The position numbers were made by a program, and so were the translations under genes. A stretch of 63,675 nt of DNA, counting the filler, from Bigelowiella natans CCMP2755 (lineage: Eukaryota; Protista; Cercozoa): NCBI GenBank assembly GCA_000320545.1. It is 6 parts of 6 records of this genome, joined end to end, with 100 filler letters (N's around TTAATTAATTAA, not from the genome) between each part and the next. Parts side by side here need not be neighbours in the genome. Positions count along the whole stretch, not along the records: positions 1 to 3,736 come from ADNK01000473.1; positions 3,837 to 10,787 come from ADNK01002031.1; positions 10,888 to 30,096 come from ADNK01002095.1; 3 more parts are not named here. One strand, 5' to 3'. Shown here piece by piece: positions 1 to 14,152 of the stretch. The first letter of the stretch is position 1. Every line of letters begins with the position of its first letter. The notes below the pieces were generated by a model, which was not told where the DNA came from, ran no database searches, and saw only the letters and a list, made by a program, of their open reading frames with translations.

Positions 1-257
1 TCCAGGACCTCCTCCTCCTCACCTAATCCATAGCCCTGGAAGGAGAAAGTCCATGGTTCGTTGAATGTCAACCGGAAATCCACACAATCCCCAAATTCCT
101 TGTAACCAATGAGAAAATAAAGCCCTGTCTCGTTTGTTTTATCAATTATCATCATCATCATCATCATCGATTACCAAAAATCTATATGCCTCCTCCTCCT
201 CCTCCTCCTCCTCCTCCTCCCTTTCCTCTCTATCGTCGTCGTCACATGCTTGCCCAG

Positions 258-3425
<3,168 letters not shown>

Positions 3426-3736
3426 TGATTGTGACACTACTAGAAGAAGAAGAAGAAGAAGAAGAATAGTGCTGCATGATATATGCTATTAGATAATAGA
3501 GGAGGAGGAGAGGAGGAGGAGGAGGAGCAGCTGATTCTCTCCCCTTTGACCGCTACTACGTACGAACACACTCTGAATGAGTCGCTCTCCTCGATCCCCC
3601 TCTCAATACTGAATCAACATTACCAGCTACTCGCCTCTAATTCCTTTGCAATCTTCCCCACCCTCAATCGTCGTCCTCCTCCTCCTCCTCCTCCTTTCCT
3701 TTGTGTCCCCTGTTGGCTGCTCTCCCCCCCCCCCCA

Positions 3737-3836
3737 NNNNNNNNNNNNNNNNNNNNNNNNNNNNNNNNNNNNNNNNNNNNTTAATTAATTAANNNNNNNN
3801 NNNNNNNNNNNNNNNNNNNNNNNNNNNNNNNNNNNN
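3737..3836. other. Artificial contig linker (N44-TTAATTAATTAA-N44)
   Basis: Identical 100-bp spacer with stops in all six frames; it occurs five times in the window. Confidence 0.97.
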
Positions 3837-3959
3837 TCCTCTCAAAGATAACCACAAAAACGCTTGGGTGGGGGGGGGAGAGTCATATGGATCCAAGCTT
3901 CATTTCAAAGAGAATGGAATCAAAATACATGCTACTCCGCTACTTAGTACTTCGAAATC

Positions 3960-6798
3960 TCACCAAAAAATGAAAGGAAATCGGTAGCGTTATCGTTTCG
4001 TCTTGGCGAAGAACAATTGTGCTATTAAGCATGTACATTAAAAATCTGTTGGTAGTTTTGCATGTAGATTCTACGAATAACGTTTTGTAGAACGCAGTCC
4101 TTCGACCCCCCCTCTCTTCTCACTAGCAAATTTACCTGAGCAGAATTCGTGTATGTTGGATCGGACAGGATCAAACCTTTGCCAGCTACTGTTTGAAATA
4201 TCTCGATAGGGGCTGACGTGACGGGAGAGCGAGACGGAACTGCTGTTGTTGGGTACTTAGTAGGTTGTGGCGTGGGAGCCTGAGCAACCGCTTCTACAGA
4301 CCGGTGGAGAAGATTATCCCACTGGCTCTGTGCAGAAGAATATTGAGTACCCCAATTGAAACCGAGAAATACCAAACGCCCGGATCCATACAAGCTCTCC
4401 CACACATAGCTAACACCTGGATTAGAGATAGTAGTATAGAACGTCTTACCATTGCCAACGAGAAGAAGGAGGAGGAGGACGAGGAGAAGGAGAAGGAAAT
4501 ACTATTTATTCTACTAAACTGTTCAAGGTTGTGAAAAACATTGGAGTAAAGTAAGCACTTGCTAGTATTGACGTGTAGTTACCATATGTGTTGGAGTACA
4601 CATTCGCTGCTGAGCTAGGAAGAGTGGCTAACTTGATCCCCTGATAGTATAAGTAACTATTCCCACTGTTAATTGATGACGGAGCAGTTGCAAAGAGAGG
4701 GAGTTCATTCGCAGAAGATGACTTTGTCATTGTGGTCGTATAATATGTGCTTCCAGCCGTCATTGAGTAGGAAAACACTCCGTTCATCATATTTATGCTG
4801 TGAGTATTAGCGAATAAGACGACGAGCCGCCCCCCTGCGGAAACATAATTCCGAAGAGTAGTACGCTCGGCGGTGGTCAAGGCTAAGGATACCACAATCC
4901 TTGGAATCACGACGAATGGAGGAGGAGTTCCTGAAGAAAGTTTGGAGAATAACGTAGACTTTGTGTTCACTAGGTAGTACATTATTCCCGGGGATGGAGC
5001 CGCACTCAACGCAGTTCCAATATTCGTAATGTCACTAATATCAATGTATGTGCTGTCACTGAAGAGTATTCCACCGAGGTTCTGGCTAGTAGGAGAGCTA
5101 GAAGCGACCGTGGGACTTGATGAGGAGATGTAGAAGCTACTTTGCCAAGAATAACTGCATGGATCACAAAGTGGTGGATTAGTAGTGTACTATCAATGTT
5201 TCAAAAAAAAAAAAAACGCCGATAATGAAGAACCTTACACCCAGCTATGGCAATATCAAATTTTATTTACTGACTAAGACCGAATATATTTTCATTGATT
5301 CCTGGTATAACCTATATGAAATTGTGGAACAAGAGCTTCCGCCACAAACAGATGCGTACGACGTAATTCCAGGAGCCCCAACAAGCTCGAATTGCTGTCC
5401 TGCGGGTATTCCTGCAGCGCAAGCAGCTTTGCATATGTGACTATCTGAGGTAACATATCCTTGGTTTGCAGGGCACCCCCACACATAATTATTTCCAAAG
5501 TTGCTGCTGCAGCTAGTTGGGCATGTTAGAGTGTGGCGAGATCCCGAAGTAGAAAATCCTGGAAGATTGTCACCAATATCAGAGCAACCAGCCACCGATT
5601 GAAGAACGGCCCTAGACTGTTGCTTTTGGAGTATCTCTGGTGTTTGCACTGGTCTCGATGTTGGAATCTGAACTTGAGGTTGGCTTCCATCGTCGGCTTT
5701 TGCATGCGGAGCTTGCTTAGTTACAGGAATGGAGACCTGTGCTTGAGATGGAGCAAATGCTGGATGACTGTTGTATTTTTCTATTTTCTTAGTTTTTAAA
5801 GGGATATTCTGTTGATACCCCTCGTTTTGCTTTTGAATATATTTTGGATCATTTAATTTGGTTTCATGTTTTCCATTGTCACTCTGTAACTCTGCCCTTC
5901 GAGAATGACCCGCCGAAAGAACACTTGCTGAGAAATATGACGTTTGCCTCGTGTTCTGATAAAACACAGAGTCGGACAAAGGTTGTTTGCCGCTGCATTG
6001 ACACCAAGGGCACGATCCATGAGAGGAGGACGCTGTTGATATCTGATGGTATACCGCAGAAGATAATTTAAATTTGGTTTTAGCACTCGAACCAATATAG
6101 TTTAGCTCGATATCAACAGATGGGCACGTAGGAATTTCCGATGTAACAGAACAAGAACCGTAACCATAGCCGAATCCTACAATGTCCGTTTGACCAAATG
6201 TACTAGCGCGCGGAGTAGAAAGACTTTGAGGAGGGGCACGAAAATTCTGGAATGTTTGAGACTCCGTGCTGGTCAATATCGACACGTTCCACTTTTGCAT
6301 ATCTGTGAGATCGCAATCTTCGAGCTTCTCAAAGAAAAGATTCCCTACTCCAGTTACTTCTTCGGAGTCGACCGATAGACAACTGTCGCGCTGATTTCCA
6401 TTGTGGATACACCCTGTGGTCCCAGGTAAGCTCTGCATGCCGAAGGAAACAGAGGCCTTTTGCAGAGCTACGCAGGTGTAACCCTCAAGTTGCGAAGGTG
6501 ACGTAATTGTTGTCGAGCTCTTTGTCGTATATGAGATATAATAGTTCGTTGCCATGCCGAAAACAAGTGCAGATGCAATAGCAAGGATAAAGGAAACTCG
6601 AACCAATATAGGCTCAGCTCTCATTGGTTCCAATGTTCGTGTGTCATAGAAAGCTGAAGGGACGGGAACATTTGCATAAACAAAGTTGATTCCCCGACTT
6701 ATGAGATTCTGGTTTTCTTCATCGGTCCCTCGCATTCGTTCCCTCTGCGCTATCTGCAATTCCGAGTTCTGGCGCCGTAAAGACAGATTGGTTTGCAT
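3960..6798 (-). CDS. Membrane-anchored Cys/Ser/Thr-rich protein with an LCCL domain and a GATase-like (class I amidotransferase-fold) module; multi-exon, 3' end uncertain
   Basis: The 511-aa ORF has an N-terminal TM segment (VRVSFILAIASALVFGMATNYYI) and an LCCL-like CPTSC..VWG..Y..DSHICKAACAAG..G..SY. Downstream exons contain LRNYVSAGGRLVV and YGSGRLVFLGFNW. Confidence 0.65.
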
Positions 6799-7074
6799 GA
6801 TGACTGGTACTAAAGTACTTGTTTTGAGAGCTTAGTTGCGCAACTTCTTGGGACTCGGTGAGGGAGGAGGGGGGCTAGATCAATACGAGAAGAGCATGTA
6901 TATTAGATCAGTAACGTCGGAGGTTTCAAAAAGTCCAACGTTACACCGTTCGTCCCGAAAATTCCGGCAGAAACAATCCGCCGGAGTGTCTCGAGAGAGT
7001 GTCTGGAGATTCGTCCAAAGGTCTCTATCATTTCTTCCAGTTCTGAGTTTGGGAGGGAAAGTACGATGATCGAT

Positions 7075-7246
7075 GACGACCAAGTTTAGACCAATTTTTA
7101 TATGGTAAAAGTACCTACGGAATACATCGATATGAGCTCTCCTCCTTTTCTTGTGAGAAGCATCATGATCGACGACGACGACGACGACGACCAAGTTTAG
7201 ACCAATTTACTGTGGTAAAAGTATGTAGGGAATATATCGACACGAG
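7075..7246. repeat. Two diverged ~60-bp direct repeats in the divergent intergenic region
   Basis: GACGACCAAGTTTAGACCAATTT..TGGTAAAAGTA..GGAATA.ATCGA.A.GAG at ~7075-7136 and ~7186-7246. Confidence 0.85.
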
Positions 7247-7401
7247 TGAAGAAATAGTGAGCGCTCTTGTCAACCAATAATATCCCGGACACTCTCCGTA
7301 GTACCTCGAGCGCACACCACCGGCAGCTCAATGAAGAGCCACACTTGGCTCATGACGAAAAATCATTTTTTCCAGTTTTTCCCGGTTGTTTCCTGTGTCG
7401 C

Positions 7402-9180
7402 ATGGCGCCATTGTTGTTCGCATCTCGAGTCGCAGCAGCACATTGATTCAAGTCGAGATTGTGACAAGGAAAGGACAGTTTCTTCTCGTGTTAGGCCCAT
7501 TTACTCCCTGCGACAACGGTGTGGTGTTCGGCGACTGCCAATTCGAATTGTTTTCAGTTTCTGAAAATCTGCGTCACATGCAAGCTAGAAAACACCTAAA
7601 CAACATTACGTGTAACGCTGACCCATCTGTCATCTGTCGGCTCGTGCCCCCCCCTGCATCGACACATGATGCATGTGCCATGGAGTCTCAGTCTCCTCTT
7701 CCTTGCCTCAGGTCGTAACACAGAGATAGCATTTCGTTTCGAATGAGACTGATGTTCACATCCACGTCATTTCTAGTCGGGCTGGCTTCCTATCCTACGA
7801 TGAACCTCCCGGCCATTCCTGAGGGAATGGAGAACGCTCTGACCGACGAGCAACCGCACGCAAGCTACCCAGAATCCTACGAGTTTACAGAGGAGCATCC
7901 GGTGAGAGTCGTTCCGGAGTTTATAAGAACATCTTCTCTAAATATGCATATGCATAAGTTCATCCTTTCTGATAAGTCCGACTTTCGATTCACAGGAATG
8001 CGTGCTTGGGGTGCGTGATCAAGGAAGATGTGGGTCTTGCTGGGCGTTTGCTGCAACCGGTGTGTAAATGCAGCCACTCTATCGTTCGCTCATATACACT
8101 GAAAATGCAAGGTGTCTCTTATTTTACCTAGGATCTCTCGCCGATCGAAAATGTGTAATTACTGGGAAGCCCACACGCCTCTCTCCGCAGGATCTTCTTG
8201 ACTGTGAAAAGCTAAACCTGGGCTGCAAGATGGGTGAAAAAATTCTTTCCTCTCTCTACGGCTGCATGTATAACCAGGAACGTAAATCATTGTGATAATG
8301 TAGGTTCATTGCCCGATATGGCTTGGACGTTTCTCCGAAAACATGGGGTTGCCGATGACACCTGTGTTCCATACGAGTCAGGACGGTGAGAATATATTAT
8401 TTGGATTTCCGTTCGAAATCAGTCAACCGTCGACTTACTTTCTAGGACGAGCAAAAGCGATAAATGCTCCAAGAAGTGCGAACTCAGCTATCTGGCGAAG
8501 AATGTGACCCTTGCAACTGGGGTCAAGCACTACAAAGGAGAGGCAGCAATTATGGCTGCTGTCGCGGAAGGGCCCGTGGATGTCACCTTCAACGTAATTT
8601 AAACACTCTGTTGTGCCGCCGCTCGTTGCATTGGATTAGCTCGTTCTGACACTAGGGGAATTGTTGCACGTTCCAGGTTTACACCGACTTTGAGGTCCAT
8701 TGGGAGAAGCGCACAAACGAGACGTACGTCAAAACTGACAAGAGCATCCTGAAGTTCACGGTAAGTCGCGTCAATCAATACAAAGCAGCTCTTTCACTGG
8801 TTGACTCACCGAGCCCCCTCCACCAACAAATGCCCATCTCGCTATATATGCAGGGGATCCACTCGGTGAAGGTGGTCGGGTACGGCGTGGATGACAAGGG
8901 AATCAAGTATTGGACGATCGAGAACTCCTGGGGTGAATCTGGCGGGTTTGGAGGGAAGAACAACCGAGGTTTTCCAACAGAGTATATATGTACACACATA
9001 CATATGCATGTACACCACGATGATGATTGGATGTGTTGTGACACTAACGTACTTCGCTTGCACCATTGCTTGTTGTGCGCAGGCGGGTACATCCGGGTCC
9101 GCCGAGGAACGAACGAATGCGGCATAGAACGCTTGGTGTACGCTGGATGGCCGGTGGTTCAAGCAGATTTATTGGGATGA
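7402..9180 (+). CDS. Papain-family (C1A) cathepsin B-like cysteine protease, multi-exon; start approximate
   Basis: VRDQGRCGSCWAF (catalytic Cys), LSPQDLLDC, GIHSVKVVGYG (His), YWTIENSWG (Asn), GYIRVRRGTNECGIE, stop at 9180. Confidence 0.93.
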
Positions 9181-9680
9181 GTGAAGACGATAATATGCGT
9201 CTGTTGTTGTCCTTGAATGGTGATGCAATATATCTCTCTGCGCTTATTAGGGTGACACACCTAGACACTCTGCCACGTTAAATGGCGGTTGGCGATTGGC
9301 GTACGCGTGCACTCAAACGTTGGCTGCACCACGTCGCATATGCTATATAAAAAGCTGGCATGCGCTAGATTCAATGCTAGCTAGCATGGAGACCACGGCG
9401 GGAGCTGCATACTAGTACATGCGTGTCATGCTGTGAGCATGTTGTCGACGCGTCAAATCGAAATACAGTAAATATTAGCCATGCTGCGCTTGGATTGGCG
9501 GTTCCTTCTGCATATGCAGGACCATCATCAGCAACAACTGACAACTCTGGATACGCTTTTAATGGACAGAAAGTGCAAAAAATGGATGAATATGCAGCGT
9601 TTGTATCACTGCTGTACCTTCTGAACATCTTACCAGCAGCCGCATGGGCGTTTTTGGTCTTTTCGCAGTGGCTCATCGTG

Positions 9681-10520
9681 CTATAGCGTGTTGGCCATCC
9701 TCCTCATTTCGCGGACCGTATGCTCGGCGTAGACCCGCGCGCAACTGTCCTGTATGAAGGGCAGAAAGAAGCGCGCGTCGCCTTCCGCGGGGATCATATC
9801 CAGAAACACCTCTGGGTCGTACCTCTGCGACAGATACCGCAGCACGCTGACATAAGCGTCGAGTAGGATGTGCTTTCGTCTGTTTTGATGGTGGAACTGG
9901 AAGGAATTTTGATCGTCGTCCTCGCCGTTATCGTCCTCCTCCTCGAGATGGTAGCTGTCGGTGTCCTCGGCCCCCTCCCTCGCCCTCCGCAGCACTTGCT
10001 GCCCTTTCTCCTCATTATTCCCCTTGACGTCGCCATCTCCACCACCACCACCACCACCAGCATCATCATCATCATCATCACCCCCTCCTACCCCTTGCTG
10101 CTCACCGAGGTTATGCAAGCGGGTCCAGACGAGCGACAAGATATCGCTCCACATCTTGTCCCCCCCCCCGCCCCCGCCGCCTTGCGGATGCGGCGGTGGG
10201 ACGAAGTGATCCGCGAAGGGGCAGAGGAACTTGGGGTGCAACTGAATCACGGTCCGCAAAGCCTCCTCTATCTTGCCTACCCGCGGCAGGGCTAGCACCA
10301 GTAACGATGACCTCCACCCCGCAACAGGATGAAAGGGCAATGAGGAGGAGGAGGAGGAGGACGACGAAGAAGCGCGCGATGATGCGAGCGTTCCGCAGTC
10401 CGGCACCGCAAGCAGCTTCTCGTAGATCGCCCGCGCGTCAATTGAGCGGCAGCTGAAAAGCAGCTTCTGCAGCCTGCGGAGGATAACTGCAGCGTTGCGA
10501 GGGGAAAGAGCAAGGGGTCA
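9681..10520 (-). CDS. HPS3: C-terminal exon of an HPS3-like (BLOC-2 subunit) protein; 5' part cut by the contig end
   Basis: LRRLQKLLFSCRSIDARAI...LLVLALPRVGKIEEALRTVIQLHPKFLCPFADH...FLDMIPAEGDARFFLPFIQDSC resembles the HPS3 C-terminus as I recall it (KLQSLIC...FLNVLPEDGTATFFLPYL). Recognised from memory, not searched. Confidence 0.62.
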
Positions 10521-10787
10521 GGCTATGCGTGTCGTCACAGGTAAGGTATTAAGAAAGGAAGGAAAAAGCAGCATATGGCATTGCATGAAAAACTAACGAC
10601 TGAGAAGGCCTCGCCCCCGCATTGGTATTGGAATAAAACGCAGAGCGCCGTCCTTCACGCTACATGGTGCAATCCTACTTGACTACAGTTAGCAGCTTTT
10701 TGTGTAACATGGTGCAATTATTTTGGTCCGTGTATTGATGAAGCTGATGCGAGACGTGGATTGCTGGGGGCGGCCTACTACGTCGTA

Positions 10788-10887
10788 NNNNNNNNNNNNN
10801 NNNNNNNNNNNNNNNNNNNNNNNNNNNNNNNTTAATTAATTAANNNNNNNNNNNNNNNNNNNNNNNNNNNNNNNNNNNNNNNNNNNN
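10788..10887. other. Artificial contig linker
   Basis: N44-TTAATTAATTAA-N44. Confidence 0.97.
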
Positions 10888-11069
10888 CTAACCCTAACCC
10901 TAACCCTAACCCTAACCCTAACTTTAACCCTAACCCTAACCCTAACCCTAACCCTAACCCTAACCCTAACCCTAACCCTAACCCTAACCCTAACCCTAAC
11001 CCTAACCCTAACCCTAACCCTAACCCTAACCCTAACCCTAACCCTAACCCTAACCCTAACCCTAACCCC
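10888..11069. repeat. Telomeric (CCCTAA)n array at the start of a contig, i.e. a chromosome end
   Basis: About 30 CCCTAA units with one irregular patch near 10918-10927. C-rich strand on + at the contig 5' end, which is the orientation expected for a left telomere. Confidence 0.95.
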
Positions 11070-12076
11070 AGAAAACAGCATGAGCGTGCCGCATCAGCAG
11101 TGCCATCAGGCCACGTGTTCGCTTCGAGCTGAAACCCGAGCTCATTTGCACCGCCAAAAAGCAGCAGGAACCTTGCCTCTGATGGTTTCATCAATGAAAC
11201 TTCGCTTTCAACTGACACTTGGTGCTGCCACAGGCTGGGACCATCCAACTTGATGGTGATTGATGTGTGCAAGCTGCTGGTCCCTGACCCCAATCCTGAT
11301 CCTGACCCTGACCCCAACCCTGACCCCGAACCCTGACCCGAACCTGACTCTGGCGCCAACTCTGAATCTGACCCCCAACCTGACCAGTTTTTTCCTCCAA
11401 TTTTTTGAAAAAAAAACCTTTTTGAATTTTTGTCACCAATTTTTCCAACTTGGACATCAGTTTCGACCGTCATTGCCACCGCCAATTGTTTTTGAATCTG
11501 GTCCAGAACAGAACCCCGCCAACCCTGACCCCATGCCCAACGAACCCTTTGTGGTTGCGCCAGTTGCAAGTGCAGCATGGCCAGTGTGCTTCTTGATGAT
11601 TGTCATTCACACACATGCACCCACTTGCACACTCACGTGCACGCACGCACAATCTGTGAAACCTTGGTCAATTTTGACAAAGGAGGTCAAACATGTTTTT
11701 GTGTCGTTTGTTGCATGTCAAAATCGGGCTTTCAGTTTGCCATGACACTCTCTGGATGATCAAGGCTCATGATTGTTGCAATGGAAGTTTTTCAGATGCA
11801 ACCTGGTGTTGATCATGATCACATCAAAGAGCAAAAATGCATGAAGCCTTGGATCCAAAGGACTTGTTTTGGACGATGCAGCACGGGGCTCACGTGCAAC
11901 ACAACATTGCACACGTTTTTTTTCACATTGCCATGTGACGTGCGCAATGTGCAATGCTCCACCTTGTTGCACTGCGTGACGCATGTTGCACCACACCAAA
12001 CGCACTGAAACAATCGTTGAAATTCACAGACTTCATCCACAATTGAGTTCGATTCACATGTGAAACTCTTCTGAAA
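11065..12076. other. Subtelomeric TpA-free zone containing degenerate telomeric repeats
   Basis: No TA dinucleotide between 11065 and 12076; CCCTGA/CCCCAA units at ~11282-11385 and ~11515-11540. Confidence 0.9.
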
Positions 12077-12108
12077 TAATCTTCTTTGCATGCACATCAC
12101 ATTCTGAA

Positions 12109-12839
12109 CTAAACGCCTTGCGATTTCTTTGAACTACCTCTCCGATGACGTCTGCTAGCTCCAAATCTATGAATTTCACCTATTGAACCTTCAGCACGGC
12201 GATTTGATGAAGGATACACAGTAGTTGCTAGATATTGGTTGTAAAAATCAGAGTGATCTCCAGGCACAAAAGGCACCAAAGTGTCTAGGCCATTGGTGTG
12301 GGTGTAATACTCATCGTCAGCTCCACGCACTCGTCGCTTCGAATGCTGAAAAAGCAAATTGAGGTCCTTCTTCAGAGTTGAAGAGGAACGAGTATAACGT
12401 ATATATGTGCTTCCAGAGCCCATTATCGCTCCCAATCCTTGAGCGTTCTTCCTCCTCTTTTCTTCATCTGAACTAGATTTGAGGAGCTCACGGAGATTTT
12501 CATCCTTTTCAAAACCACTGCTACGACTGCGAAGTAACTTATGATATTTGCTGTCCTTATTTGGAAGTTCTCGCATGGGCCAAAATTCGTACCTGGGAAA
12601 GACAAAACCCGGAAAAATTAATCAAAGAATTGAATTTTAATTCTAGAATTTACATTGAGGGAACGTATGAGATGAAAGGAAGTAAAAAATATAGCAAGTA
12701 AAATTAGATATTACGATTGGCCTAGATTTTCCTTCATATGGTGGTACATCATCTCTATATCTTTTCTTTCTTTCATTTAGTCGCTATTCCTTAGAATACG
12801 TCGTTTGTGTTTATTCCCTTTTTTCTTATTTTCCTTTTC

Positions 12840-12875
<36 letters not shown>

Positions 12876-13372
12876 ATCAACGCTATTATACTCACTGAAA
12901 TTCGTCTCCATCTACGATGCACCACTCCTCTTCTTGATCCTCTTTTGTCTGTTCTTCTGTGTCTTCATTTTCTTCCGATTTGGCTTCTTCACAATTGGCG
13001 CTATACTTGTCCTTACTATCCAGCTCATAGCCTGGTTTTCCCTCTTTCTTTTCCAACATCGTCTTTTTGGTTAAAGATAAACTCATCATTCATCATCATC
13101 ATCGTAATGGTGCTGCTTCATCACTATCATTATGCTTGTACCGACTCGATAGAAGTCAAGTAGAGAAGAAGTGGTAGTGGTGAAGAGTAATTATTATGAA
13201 TGAGAACAATCGTTATGTGTGTGTGCATTTGTGCGTGTGTTTATATATATATATATATATATATGTATATGATTATGAAGATTACTAAATTCCGACTAAT
13301 TCTTAATTATCACCTCAACACTAGTTCCTACTACAACTACAACCAACTACTACACACAAGTGCCCCCCCCCC

Positions 13373-13412
<40 letters not shown>

Positions 13413-13778
13413 ACCACCTTCCTTCGTCCGTTTTTCTCTCCAGACGACTTCCCTGTCTCAAAGATGCTGCTGCCAACACGCCGCTTAGTACTACTGTTGA
13501 TATGATTATTCTCGAAAACCTTGTCATGGATAAGGTGTTCCGATAAATCCAGCTGTTGTTTTGTCCAAGAAAGGTATTTGCGAAATATTCGATGATCAGG
13601 GTCATTAGAGTGATAATAATACGATGATGATGACGATGATAAGGAGGAGGAGGTGCGCTGCCTAGAACCACGAGGAATGTTGTTTTTCATTGAAGATCTT
13701 CTAATTTTATTATTATTATTGCCACTGCCACCTTGTCTTGTAGATCTACCACCACCACCATTACCATCACCAGCACTT

Positions 13779-13815
<37 letters not shown>

Positions 13816-14117
13816 GATGATTGTAGTAGCTATTTTTCATTGCCTTTCGCTCACCACCACTAGCATTAGTATTTTTGTAGTGGTTAAGATGATAATTCTT
13901 TTTACTACTACTACTACTGCTGCTGCTGTTATCTTTGACGGTCAGCAGGTGGTTTGTAGTAGAGTTTCTAAGATGATCCTGGTGATGATGATGATCATCT
14001 TTTATGTTGCTTCTTACGCGGTGATCGGATTGCTGCTGCTGCTGCTGCTTCTTCTGGTAAACGTCGCTACCTGAACCTAACTCTGATTCTCCTCCCCCTC
14101 TTTTGCTACTGTTAGTG

Positions 14118-14152
<35 letters not shown>

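Noticed and set aside
10788-11069. Telomeric array in mid-window as an interstitial telomere or chromosome fusion
   Set aside because: It starts directly after a linker, so it is simply a contig beginning at a chromosome end.
10832-12100. ORFs with LGLGLG/VRVRVR repeats and Cys/His-rich ORFs
   Set aside because: Translations of telomeric repeats, and frames left open only because TAA/TAG cannot occur in TA-free DNA.
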